Origin: Lachnospiraceae bacterium
Lineage (GTDB): Bacteria > Bacillota > Clostridia > Lachnospirales > Lachnospiraceae
Assembly: GCA_045125245.1 (NCBI GenBank)
Contig: JBGVNF010000118.1
Location: forward strand, 2,378-66,377
Length of the DNA stretch: 64,000 nucleotides
Direction: 5' to 3'
Shown: positions 49,316-58,097 of the stretch, piece by piece
Position numbering within the stretch: position 1 is the first letter of the stretch
Layout of the letters: every line of letters begins with the position of its first letter
Position numbers and translations under genes: made by a program
Notes under the pieces: generated by a model
Seen by the model: only the letters and a program-made list of their open reading frames with translations
Databases searched by the model: none
What the model was told of the DNA's origin: nothing

Positions 49316-51058
49316 ATGTTAAAACGATTAAGTGCAAGTATTCGAGAATATAAGGCGCCAACGATTGTTACAGTGGTGCTTATAGTATTTGAAGTAATAT
49401 TTGAATGTATTATTCCGTTCATGACAGCTTCGTTAGTTAACAGAGTTAAAGCGGGAACTACAACTAAGGATATCCTTATAACAGGTGCAATTCTTGTTTT
49501 GATGGCAGTATTATCTTTGGTATGTGGTGGTGTGGCAGCAGTTACATCTTCTAAAGCTTCAGCTGGTTTTGCGAAGAATTTACGTCATGATATGTTCTCA
49601 AAGATTCAGACATATTCTTTTGAGAATATCGATAAATTCTCATCATCATCATTGGTAACACGTCTTACAACAGATGTTTCTAATGTACAGATGGCCTATA
49701 TGATGATCAGTAGAATTGCTATAAGATGTCCGCTTATGCTTACTTTTGCTATATTCATGGCATGGAAGATGGGTGGTTCATTAGCTGCTACATTTGTATT
49801 TGCAGTACCAGTGATGGCATTTGGTTTGATTCTTATAGCAAAGACTGCTATGCCAGCTTTTAAGAGAGTGTTTAAGAAGTACGATAAGTTAAATGAATCT
49901 ATTGAAGAGAATGTTCGTGCTATGCGTGTGGTAAAGGGCTTCGCTAGAGAAGAGTATGAGAAGGAAAAGTTTGGAAATGCAGCTGAAGAAATTTGTAAAG
50001 ACTTTACAAAAGCTGATAGAATAGTTGCCTTCAATACACCGCTTATGCAGTTGTGTCTTTACTTTAATATGATATTCATTTTAATAGTTGGTTCCAAGCT
50101 TACTATTTCAAGCATGGGAACAGAGTTAAATATTGGTCAGATTTCAGCTATGCTTACATATGCTATGCAGACTCTTATGTCTCTTATGATGTTATCAGTA
50201 GTTTATGTTATGGTGACAATTTCTCTTGAACCAGCAAAACGTATTTGCGAAGTGCTTGGTGAAGAGCCAGTTATTCTTAATCCTGAGAATCCACACTTAG
50301 AGGTTGAGGATGGAAGCATTACTTTTGAAAATGTAAGCCTTAAGTATTCAAAAAAAGCTAAAAAGTCAGCTCTTAATGATATTGATTTACATATAGAGTC
50401 TGGAATGACTGTAGGTATTATTGGTGGTACAGGTTCTAGTAAGTCATCACTAGTACAGCTTATTCCACGTCTATACGATGCAACGGAAGGTGTTGTAAAG
50501 GTTGGTGGCATAGATGTTAAGGAATATGATATCAACGTTCTTAGAGATAGTGTAGCTATGGTTTTACAGAAGAACCTTTTATTCTCTGGAACTATAAAGG
50601 AAAATCTTCGTTGGGGTAATGAAAATGCTACAGAAGAAGAAATTATAGAGGCATGTAAGCTTGCTGACGCTCATGAGTTCGTTTCTAGTTTCGAAGATGG
50701 TTACGATACATTTATCGAGCAAGGCGGAACGAATGTATCTGGTGGTCAGAAGCAGAGACTATGTATTGCAAGAGCACTTCTTAAGAAACCTAAGATTCTT
50801 ATCTTAGATGATTCAACAAGTGCTGTAGATACTAAGACAGATGCTAAGATTAGAGCAGCCTTTAAGTCATATATTCCTGATACTACTAAGATTATTATCG
50901 CTCAGCGTATATCTTCAGTACAGGATTCAGATATGATAATTGTAATGGACAATGGTCATATTTCTGACGTGGGGACACATGATGAACTCCTTAAGAAGAG
51001 TGAAATTTACCGTGAGGTATATGTACAGCAGACGGAAGGAGGTAAGGATAATGAGTAA
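49316..51058 (+). CDS. ABC exporter half-transporter, subunit with degenerate ATPase site
   Basis: Six TM helices plus NBD; Walker A GGTGSSKSS, signature VSGGQKQR; Walker B ILILDD (Asp replaces the catalytic Glu); H-loop IAQRIS (Gln replaces His). Confidence 0.92.
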   Translation: MLKRLSASIREYKAPTIVTVVLIVFEVIFECIIPFMTASLVNRVKAGTTTKDILITGAILVLMAVLSLVCGGVAAVTSSKASAGFAKNLRHDMFSKIQTYSFENIDKFSSSSLVTRLTTDVSNVQMAYMMISRIAIRCPLMLTFAIFMAWKMGGSLAATFVFAVPVMAFGLILIAKTAMPAFKRVFKKYDKLNESIEENVRAMRVVKGFAREEYEKEKFGNAAEEICKDFTKADRIVAFNTPLMQLCLYFNMIFILIVGSKLTISSMGTELNIGQISAMLTYAMQTLMSLMMLSVVYVMVTISLEPAKRICEVLGEEPVILNPENPHLEVEDGSITFENVSLKYSKKAKKSALNDIDLHIESGMTVGIIGGTGSSKSSLVQLIPRLYDATEGVVKVGGIDVKEYDINVLRDSVAMVLQKNLLFSGTIKENLRWGNENATEEEIIEACKLADAHEFVSSFEDGYDTFIEQGGTNVSGGQKQRLCIARALLKKPKILILDDSTSAVDTKTDAKIRAAFKSYIPDTTKIIIAQRISSVQDSDMIIVMDNGHISDVGTHDELLKKSEIYREVYVQQTEGGKDNE

Positions 51059-52979
51059 GCCAAAGAATATGGGCAAGGGTATGCCGATGGGAAAACCAGG
51101 ATTTAATGGTGGAACATTTAAACGAGTCTTAAAGATGCTTATGCAGTATTATCCTGTGTTATTTCCTGTGTCTATAGCTTGTATAGTATTTTGTTCTGTT
51201 ACAGCAACACTTCCTGCTATATTCCAGCAGCAGGTAATTGAAGCCATTGAGAAATGGGCGCCAACAGGCGATTGGGCTGGTGCTAGTAAGGTAATCGTAC
51301 CAAAGGTACTTATACTTGCAGGATTTTATGTAATCTCTATTATAGGTATTACACTTCAGTCACAGCTTATGGTTTATATAACTCAGGGATTTTTAAATAA
51401 ATCCAGAGTAAGTATGTTTAATGGTATGCAGAATCTTCCTGTTAAGTATTTTGATACGCATAAGCATGGAGATATAATGAGTCATTATACAAATGATATT
51501 GATACATTAAGAATGCTTATTTCTCAAGCATTACCTACATTGATACAGTCTTCGATTGTTATAATGTGTGTACTTGGAATTATGATTTATTATAGTATTC
51601 CAATGACGTTTGTTGTGCTTGTAGGTGTAGTGATTATGCTTATGGTTTCGAAAAAACTTGCAGGTGGTTCGGCGAAGTTCTTTATGAAGCAACAGGTTTC
51701 CATCGGTAAAGCTGAAGGTTATATTCAGGAAATGATGAATGGCCAGAAGGTAATCAAGGTATTCAATCATGAGGATAATGTTAAAGAAGAATTTGATAAG
51801 ATAAACGAAGAATTATGTAATGATAGTTTCAAAGCAAATGCATATGCAAACTGCCTTGGACCAATTATTATGAATATTGGAAATGTTTTATATGTAACAG
51901 TTATAACAATAGGTGGAATTTTACTTGTAACAGGATTTAAGAATTTTAGTATTTCAGGTATTGCTTTTGGTATTAGTATAGTAGTTCCTTTCCTTAACAT
52001 GACAAAGCAGTTTACGGGAAATATCAATACATTCTCGCAGCAAATCAACCATGTAGTAATGGGTCTTGCAGGCGCACAGAGAGTGTTTGAAGTAATGGAT
52101 GCAACTCCTGAAACAGATGATGGATATGTAACACTTGTTAACGCTAAGATTGATGCGGCTGGAAATATTACAGAGGTTCCAGAGCATACAGGTGTATGGG
52201 CATGGAAGCATCCACATGGTGATGGTACACTTACTTATACTAAGCTTGAGGGTGATGTAACACTTGATGATGTAGACTTTGCATACGAGGAAGGCAAGAA
52301 TGTTCTTCATAATGTAACAGTTTTCGCAAAGCCAGGTCAGAAGGTTGCTTTCGTAGGCTCGACAGGTGCGGGTAAGACAACTATCACAAATCTTATCAAT
52401 AGATTTTATGATATCGCAGATGGTAAGATTAGATATGATGGAATCAATATCAATAAGATAAAGAAAGCAGACTTAAGACGTTCCTTAGGAATCGTTTTAC
52501 AGGAGACAAATCTCTTTACAGGAAGCGTAATGGACAATATTCGTTACGGTAACTTAGATGCCACAGATGAGCAGTGTATCGATGCAGCTAAGCTTGCAGG
52601 TGCAGATGATTTTATCACACGTTTACCACAGGGTTATGATACACAGCTTTCTAACAATGGTTCAAACCTTTCACAGGGACAGCGCCAGTTAATCGCTATC
52701 GCTAGAGCAGCGGTTGCTGATCCGCCAGTTATGATTCTTGATGAAGCTACATCTTCTATCGATACTAGAACAGAGGCTATTGTACAGCGTGGTATGGATA
52801 AGCTTATGGAAGGTAGGACAGTATTTGTAATTGCACATAGACTTTCTACTATTAAGAATTCAGATGTGATTATGGTGCTTGAACATGGCCGTATTATAGA
52901 GCGTGGAAACCACGAGAAATTGTTAGAGGAGAAGGGAACCTACTATCAGTTATATACAGGTGCCTTCGAACTCGAATAA
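51051..52979 (+). CDS. ABC exporter half-transporter, subunit with consensus ATPase site
   Basis: Walker A GSTGAGKTT, Walker B MILDEATS, H-loop IAHRLS, but signature LSQGQ. ATG 51051 follows GGAAGGAGG and overlaps the upstream stop; the track start 50952 lies inside the upstream gene. Confidence 0.92.
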   Translation: MSKPKNMGKGMPMGKPGFNGGTFKRVLKMLMQYYPVLFPVSIACIVFCSVTATLPAIFQQQVIEAIEKWAPTGDWAGASKVIVPKVLILAGFYVISIIGITLQSQLMVYITQGFLNKSRVSMFNGMQNLPVKYFDTHKHGDIMSHYTNDIDTLRMLISQALPTLIQSSIVIMCVLGIMIYYSIPMTFVVLVGVVIMLMVSKKLAGGSAKFFMKQQVSIGKAEGYIQEMMNGQKVIKVFNHEDNVKEEFDKINEELCNDSFKANAYANCLGPIIMNIGNVLYVTVITIGGILLVTGFKNFSISGIAFGISIVVPFLNMTKQFTGNINTFSQQINHVVMGLAGAQRVFEVMDATPETDDGYVTLVNAKIDAAGNITEVPEHTGVWAWKHPHGDGTLTYTKLEGDVTLDDVDFAYEEGKNVLHNVTVFAKPGQKVAFVGSTGAGKTTITNLINRFYDIADGKIRYDGININKIKKADLRRSLGIVLQETNLFTGSVMDNIRYGNLDATDEQCIDAAKLAGADDFITRLPQGYDTQLSNNGSNLSQGQRQLIAIARAAVADPPVMILDEATSSIDTRTEAIVQRGMDKLMEGRTVFVIAHRLSTIKNSDVIMVLEHGRIIERGNHEKLLEEKGTYYQLYTGAFELE

Positions 52980-52988
52980 AAATGAAAG

Positions 52989-53022
52989 GTAGATTAGGTG
53001 TCAAAATCCTAATCTACTTTTT
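52989..53022 (+). terminator. intrinsic terminator after the ABC operon
   Basis: GTAGATTAGG / CCTAATCTAC stem followed by TTTTT; its loop and 3' arm overlap the left end of repeat copy A. Confidence 0.75.
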
Positions 53023-53292
53023 GTTTTGGCAGGTTATAAAATTTATACTGTATTTTTACATACTTCGTATATTTGATTTTCTAAATACTTTGAATTGAAT
53101 TTATTATGACGGACGTGACCGGCGTCTATTCGCCCTCCATGGCTCAGAGACGCCTTTTTTCAACATCGTGTTGAAAAATCACTGTTTAAAGAACAAAGTA
53201 TTAAGAAAATCTAAATACACTACGCTATCGTAAAAGATACAGTATAAATTTTTATAACCTGCAGTTTAAATTGTGATAGGATTTTGACACCT
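52998..53292 (+). repeat. nested-palindrome element, copy A (MITE-like or structured-RNA-like)
   Basis: Ends GGTGTCAAAATCCT (52998-53011) / AGGATTTTGACACC (53279-53292); imperfect arms of about 60 bp (53031-53092 vs 53195-53259). Central module has hairpins GGCGTCT/AGACGCC plus T6 (53121-53160) and TTTTCAACA/TGTTGAAAA (53157-53177). Confidence 0.85.
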
Positions 53293-53310
53293 AGTTTTAT
53301 TTTCTGAACC

Positions 53311-53332
53311 GGTGATAGGATTTTGACATCCA
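53311..53332 (+). repeat. solo extra copy of the element A right end
   Basis: GGTGATAGGATTTTGACATCC repeats GTGATAGGATTTTGACACC (53274-53292). Confidence 0.8.
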
Positions 53333-53413
53333 AATTTTTTTTTTGATATTTTCTATAATATTTTATGAGTGTGAATCGAGTTCGAAGGCACCTAGAGAAG
53401 GTGGAGCCTTAGT

Positions 53414-54376
53414 TTATAAATCTACGGACTTCATGATGTCTTTAAGAAGTCTTGCGGAGTTTTTGAGGGCTTCGATTTCTTCGTCGTCTAAGGAGATTGG
53501 TACTTTGGTTTCGACGCCGTCTTTTCCTACGATGGCTGGGAAGCTTAAGGCTATGTCTTCTATGCCATATTCTCCATGCATCATATTTGAAATAGGTAGG
53601 ATGGATTTTTCGTCTCGAAGGATTACTTCACAGATTCTTCTTACAGAGACAGCGATGCCGTAGTAGGTTGCTTGCTTTCTTTTTATTATTTCGTAGGCGC
53701 TATTTTTTACTTTGTCTCCGATTTTATCCATTTCTTCATCATGACTATAATGACCACGCATTTCACAGAAATCATCAATAGGGATGCCTGAAATGTTTGC
53801 ACTGCTCCAAGCTGCGATTTCACTGTCGCCGTGTTCGCCGATGATAAAGGCGTGTACGCTTCGGCTGTCTACGCCGAGAAGCTCTCCTGTTTGATATTTA
53901 AGGCGCGCGGTGTCTAGAACAGTGCCTGAGCCTATGACATGGTTTTCAGGGAGGCCTGAAAGCTTCATAGCTACATAAGTTAGGATATCTACAGGATTAG
54001 ATACGATTAGAAGAATACCGTTGAAGCATCTTTTTGATATTTCTGGGATGATACTTTTGTAGATAGCTACATTTTTGTGGACTAGGTCTAGGCGTGTTTC
54101 ACCAGGTTTCTGGTTTGCACCTGCTGTGATAATTATAATTTCTGCGCCACATATATCGTCATAGGTGCCTGCGTATATCTTCATTGGTTTACCAAATGGT
54201 ACACCGTGGCTTATGTCCATAGCTTCACCTTCGGCTTTTGTATGGTCTACATCAATAAGTACGATTTCGGAAAAAAGACCACTTTCCATTAAACTGAAAA
54301 CGGAAGCTGAGCCTACATAACCGCAGCCTATCATTACAGCTTTTCGAGTGTTGATAATAGTGTTTGAATTATTCAT
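53414..54376 (-). CDS. ldh: L-lactate dehydrogenase
   Basis: NAD motif GCGYVGSA, catalytic-region GEHGDSE, LDH length (320 aa); GGAGGG RBS. Confidence 0.95.
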   Translation of the reverse strand: MNNSNTIINTRKAVMIGCGYVGSASVFSLMESGLFSEIVLIDVDHTKAEGEAMDISHGVPFGKPMKIYAGTYDDICGAEIIIITAGANQKPGETRLDLVHKNVAIYKSIIPEISKRCFNGILLIVSNPVDILTYVAMKLSGLPENHVIGSGTVLDTARLKYQTGELLGVDSRSVHAFIIGEHGDSEIAAWSSANISGIPIDDFCEMRGHYSHDEEMDKIGDKVKNSAYEIIKRKQATYYGIAVSVRRICEVILRDEKSILPISNMMHGEYGIEDIALSFPAIVGKDGVETKVPISLDDEEIEALKNSARLLKDIMKSVDL

Positions 54377-54483
54377 GGATACCCTCCTATATTTATGATT
54401 GAAACGATTTAATGTTACAACTATATGCTAGTATATCCATGAAGTGACATATAAATTCAAAAGAAGGCTTAGTTATATTTGTT

Positions 54484-55539
54484 TTATTTAAAGATAGATT
54501 TTGCACTAAAAATACAGTAGCTACCGATAGGCCTAGAGGAAGTTTTTATGTATTTGTTTGCGCCTGATTCGAAAATACAGTAGATATTATCATCATTTAT
54601 ATTGATTTGCTCTGCCATTGAAGGCAATGTAAGAGTTCTGTATGCAGGACCTTTTAATATTTGTTTTGTGTTATTGAAAATGTCGGAAGGTGCATTATAG
54701 TCTTTTAAATCATAGCATCTTAGAACGGAATTATGTCGACGTCCGTAAGAGGTTGATACACAGAGGAAAATATTATTATCTTCTTTGTAAAAACATATTC
54801 CCTGAGCTTTTTTTGGTGCTTCTATGTAACGCTTAGGAACTAAGGATAGAAGTCCTTTATCGGAGCAAACAGAATAACCGTAGATATGATTTGTGTTATC
54901 TAAGCTGAAGGTGCCAATCCATAGAAGGTTGTCATAAAAGGTGCAAAAGCTTGTGTATTTTAATTCAGCAGCATTTATATGCATAATGTTTTTAAGTGCT
55001 ATAGATTTTGCATTTAGATTTATGGAAGCTTCGATAGCACAAAAAAATTCGTCCTTCTTTATAGCACCCATGCCATTTCCATTTTTACTTCCACCACCTT
55101 CTGCAATCCAAATATATTTTCCATCATAAGCTATACCGCCCATATGAGCTTTTTTATCATATACAAGAGTGGCGATTAGGTGATTGCTTTTTAAAACATA
55201 TATTATGGAATTGTATATATTTAATGCATCATAAGCCGTCGTTAAAACATATTCCTCGCAGATGCAGATTCCCTGTGGAACCATAGAAGAACAGTTTTGA
55301 CCTAATACATTTGTATTGGTAAGCCCTGGAATAGAATAGTAGCTATTATAAATAGAAAGATAATCTACCATTCGATTTTTATGTGAAGTTTTGCTTATAA
55401 TATTTTTTTCGAGAACATAATAGTTAGGTATTTTACTGTCTTTAATACGTCTAGCTGTTGGCATTATGCTTGTATAATTTCCAAAAATGGAGTAATCATA
55501 TTCTGAGTTTTTGTTAATATTATTTGACAAATTTTCCAT
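54484..55539 (-). CDS. hypothetical protein, possibly beta-propeller-like
   Basis: 351-aa ORF with AGGAGA RBS; no signal peptide. Recurrent hydrophobic-G-x blades (QGICICEEY, GGIAYDGKYIWIA, LLWIGTF, QGICFYKED); no family recognised. Confidence 0.55.
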   Translation of the reverse strand: MENLSNNINKNSEYDYSIFGNYTSIMPTARRIKDSKIPNYYVLEKNIISKTSHKNRMVDYLSIYNSYYSIPGLTNTNVLGQNCSSMVPQGICICEEYVLTTAYDALNIYNSIIYVLKSNHLIATLVYDKKAHMGGIAYDGKYIWIAEGGGSKNGNGMGAIKKDEFFCAIEASINLNAKSIALKNIMHINAAELKYTSFCTFYDNLLWIGTFSLDNTNHIYGYSVCSDKGLLSLVPKRYIEAPKKAQGICFYKEDNNIFLCVSTSYGRRHNSVLRCYDLKDYNAPSDIFNNTKQILKGPAYRTLTLPSMAEQININDDNIYCIFESGANKYIKTSSRPIGSYCIFSAKSIFK

Positions 55540-55680
55540 GGAGTTGTCTCCTTTTACGATGTAATTATGATTACATTATTCTTTATTATCATCATTGTCA
55601 AGAAGTATAAAAATAATTTTTATAAAAATTGATGTAATATTGAAAAATGGTATTGAACAGGCTGTTATAGTAGAGCTGCT

Positions 55681-56100
55681 ATGGAAGGACTCATAGATGC
55701 AGCAGATAAGGCTACAGAGCAGGATGTGACACTTATTTACTTAGACCTTAATAAGTTTAAATATGTCAATGATACATATGGACACGAGGCGGGAGATAAA
55801 GTATTAAAGATATATAGCAAGAGCTTAAGGAAGATTTTTGGCAAGATTGGCTTCGTGGGACGTATGGGTGGCGATGAGTTTATGGTTATTCTTACGGGAA
55901 TTAACAAGGATATTGCTAAGAAATTATGTGAAAAGCTTCAAGAAGTGCTTGCAGTGGATAGCAAGGAGTTGTATTTTGAATATACCATAAGTACATCTTA
56001 TGGAATTGCTACGAGAGCAAGAGGAAGCTATACATCTATAGAGGATGTTATGGTGGAAGCGGACGAGAGTATGTATAAGTTCAAAGAAGAACATAGATAG
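55681..56100 (+). CDS. stand-alone, N-terminally truncated GGDEF domain (possible gene remnant)
   Basis: Has IYLDLNKFKYVNDTYGHEAGDKVL and GRMGGDEFMVIL, but lacks the usual D.LT.L.NR start and any sensor domain. No RBS before the ATG; a VLNRLL-like peptide followed by two stops sits just upstream in another frame. Confidence 0.5.
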   Translation: MEGLIDAADKATEQDVTLIYLDLNKFKYVNDTYGHEAGDKVLKIYSKSLRKIFGKIGFVGRMGGDEFMVILTGINKDIAKKLCEKLQEVLAVDSKELYFEYTISTSYGIATRARGSYTSIEDVMVEADESMYKFKEEHR

Positions 56101-56109
56101 AGAAGATGA

Positions 56110-56161
56110 AATAATACAGTTTTTTGTACTTAAAATGTAAAAAACTGTATTATTTTTTTTT
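56110..56161 (+). terminator. intrinsic terminator
   Basis: AATAATACAGTTTTTT / AAAAAACTGTATTATT arms followed by a long T-run. Confidence 0.8.
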
Positions 56162-56233
56162 AACCTATAGTATAATAAAAATCGATTTATACAATAATAG
56201 GTAATGATATTTTAATTATAAAGGAGCGGGCGC

Positions 56234-57652
56234 ATGAGAAAGACAAAGATTATATGTACATTAGGGCCTTCTACAGATAAAGAAGGAATACTTGAAAAAT
56301 TAGTACAAGCAGGTATGAATACAGCGCGTATGAATTTCTCACATAGCACATATGAGGATCACAGCAGAAGATTAGAGGAAATTAAGGAACTTAGAAAGAA
56401 GTACAATAAGCACATTTCAGTACTTCTTGACACTAAGGGACCTGAGATTCGTACAAAGAATTTCAAGGATGGCAAGGTATTTCTTACAGAGGGACAGGAA
56501 TTTATGCTTTCTTGTGAGGATATAGAGGGAACTGAGACAGGCGTAAGTGTTACATACACTGACCTTTATAAAGAGGTTAAGCAGGGAACAGTTATTCTTA
56601 TCGATGATGGTCTTGTAGAGCTTAGAGTGGCTCGTATTGAAGGCAAAAATATTCATTGTATAGTTAAGAATGATGGATATGTAGGAAATCACAAGGGTAT
56701 CAATGTTCCAGATGTTCACATTAATATGCCTTTCGTAAGCGATAAGGATAGAGAAGATATTTTATTTGGTATCGAAAATGATGTAGATTTTATAGCAGCT
56801 TCATTTGTTCGTTCTGCAGATGATGTTAAGGAGATTAGAACTCTTCTTGATGAGAATGGGGGTAAAGCTATTAAGATTATTTCCAAGATTGAGAATGGTG
56901 AAGGTGTAGAAAATATTGACGAGATTATAGAAGTATCTGATGGTATCATGATAGCCAGAGGTGATATGGGTGTTGAGCTTCCAGTAGAAGAGGTACCTAT
57001 CGTTCAGAAGATGATTATTCGTAAGGTGTATGAAGCTGGAAAGCTTGTTATCACAGCTACACAGATGCTTGAGTCAATGATTAATAATCCTAGACCAACT
57101 AGAGCAGAGGCGACAGATATCGCTAACGCTATTTACGATGGAACAAGTGCTATTATGCTTTCAGGTGAAACTGCTGCAGGACATTTCCCAGTAGAGGCAG
57201 TTAGAACTATGGTAAGAATTGCAGAAAGAGCAGAAAATGATATTAATTATAAGAATCGTTTCTTTAATTTAGAGAAGAAAAAGAGTCCTAATACAACAGA
57301 TGCTATATGTCATGCTACTTGTACAACTGCTTATGATTTAGGAGCAAGTGCTATTGTTACAGTTACGAAGTCTGGTACATCAGCTAGAATGATTTCTAGA
57401 TATCGTCCAGATTGTATGATTATTGCTGGTAGTACAGATGAGAAGGTTTGCCGTCAGCTTAATCTTTCGTGGGGTGTTAACCCTATTCTCTTAAAGGAGA
57501 AGCAGGACGTATTCAGTTTGTTTGAACATGTTGTTGAGATAGGTAAGAGACAGGGATATCTTGATATTGGACAGCTAGTGGTTATCACATCAGGTGTGCC
57601 AATGGGTATTTCTGGAACAACTAATATGCTTAAAGTTCACGTTGTTGACTAA
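56234..57652 (+). CDS. pyk: pyruvate kinase
   Basis: Conserved MRKTKI.CT.GP...NFSH, MIARGDMGVE and GETA.G motifs; 472 aa. Confidence 0.97.
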   Translation: MRKTKIICTLGPSTDKEGILEKLVQAGMNTARMNFSHSTYEDHSRRLEEIKELRKKYNKHISVLLDTKGPEIRTKNFKDGKVFLTEGQEFMLSCEDIEGTETGVSVTYTDLYKEVKQGTVILIDDGLVELRVARIEGKNIHCIVKNDGYVGNHKGINVPDVHINMPFVSDKDREDILFGIENDVDFIAASFVRSADDVKEIRTLLDENGGKAIKIISKIENGEGVENIDEIIEVSDGIMIARGDMGVELPVEEVPIVQKMIIRKVYEAGKLVITATQMLESMINNPRPTRAEATDIANAIYDGTSAIMLSGETAAGHFPVEAVRTMVRIAERAENDINYKNRFFNLEKKKSPNTTDAICHATCTTAYDLGASAIVTVTKSGTSARMISRYRPDCMIIAGSTDEKVCRQLNLSWGVNPILLKEKQDVFSLFEHVVEIGKRQGYLDIGQLVVITSGVPMGISGTTNMLKVHVVD

Positions 57653-57659
57653 AATTTAT

Positions 57660-57693
57660 GAAACCCGCCATACTATTCGTGTGGCGGGTTTTA
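57660..57693 (+). terminator. intrinsic terminator after pyk
   Basis: AAACCCGCCA / TGGCGGGTTT stem followed by T. Confidence 0.8.
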
Positions 57694-57706
57694 CATTGTT
57701 GAATGA

Positions 57707-58007
57707 GGTGTCAAAAACCTTAATTAAAAGTATATGAGTCATATTTGGCAAAGTTTATACTATGTTTTTCACATGCTTCGTATATTTGATTTTCTAAATA
57801 CTTTGAGAAAGAGTTTGATTACGTACGTGACCGGCACATATTCGCCATCCATGGCTCAGATGTGCCTTTTTCTAACATCGTGTTAGAAAATCACTAGTAT
57901 AGAACAAAGTATTAAGAAAATCTAAATATACTACGCTATCGTGAAAGTACATAGTATAAATTTGCAAAATATGACAAATATAGTATTGTAAAAGGTTTTT
58001 GACACCT
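57707..58007 (+). repeat. nested-palindrome element, copy B
   Basis: Ends AGGTGTCAAAAACCTT (57707-57722) / AAGGTTTTTGACACCT (57992-58007); same arm and central modules as copy A, with compensated stem differences. Confidence 0.85.
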
Positions 58008-58097
58008 TATTTACGTTGTGACAGTAAGCAATGAAAACTTCATGTGAATAGATGGAGGATGCGAGTTTTATAAATTTTAGGATAAGGGGGAGTGTGC

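Noticed and set aside
50952-51050. N-terminal extensions given by the ORF track (50952, 8117, 15596, 17105, 25971, 31888, 39958, 49129, 58092 and similar)
   Set aside because: In each case an internal start has a well-spaced Shine-Dalgarno sequence and restores the conserved family N-terminus, whereas the extension overlaps the upstream gene or has no RBS.
53106-53174. Mini-ORF inside repeat copy A (MTDVTGVYSPSMAQRRLFSTSC), with an in-frame counterpart in copy B and another about 20-codon ORF on the opposite strand
   Set aside because: There is no RBS, and copy B lacks the ATG. The A/B differences are non-synonymous (V/T, RR/MC, S/L) yet exactly preserve the hairpins, so selection acts on structure and not on a peptide.
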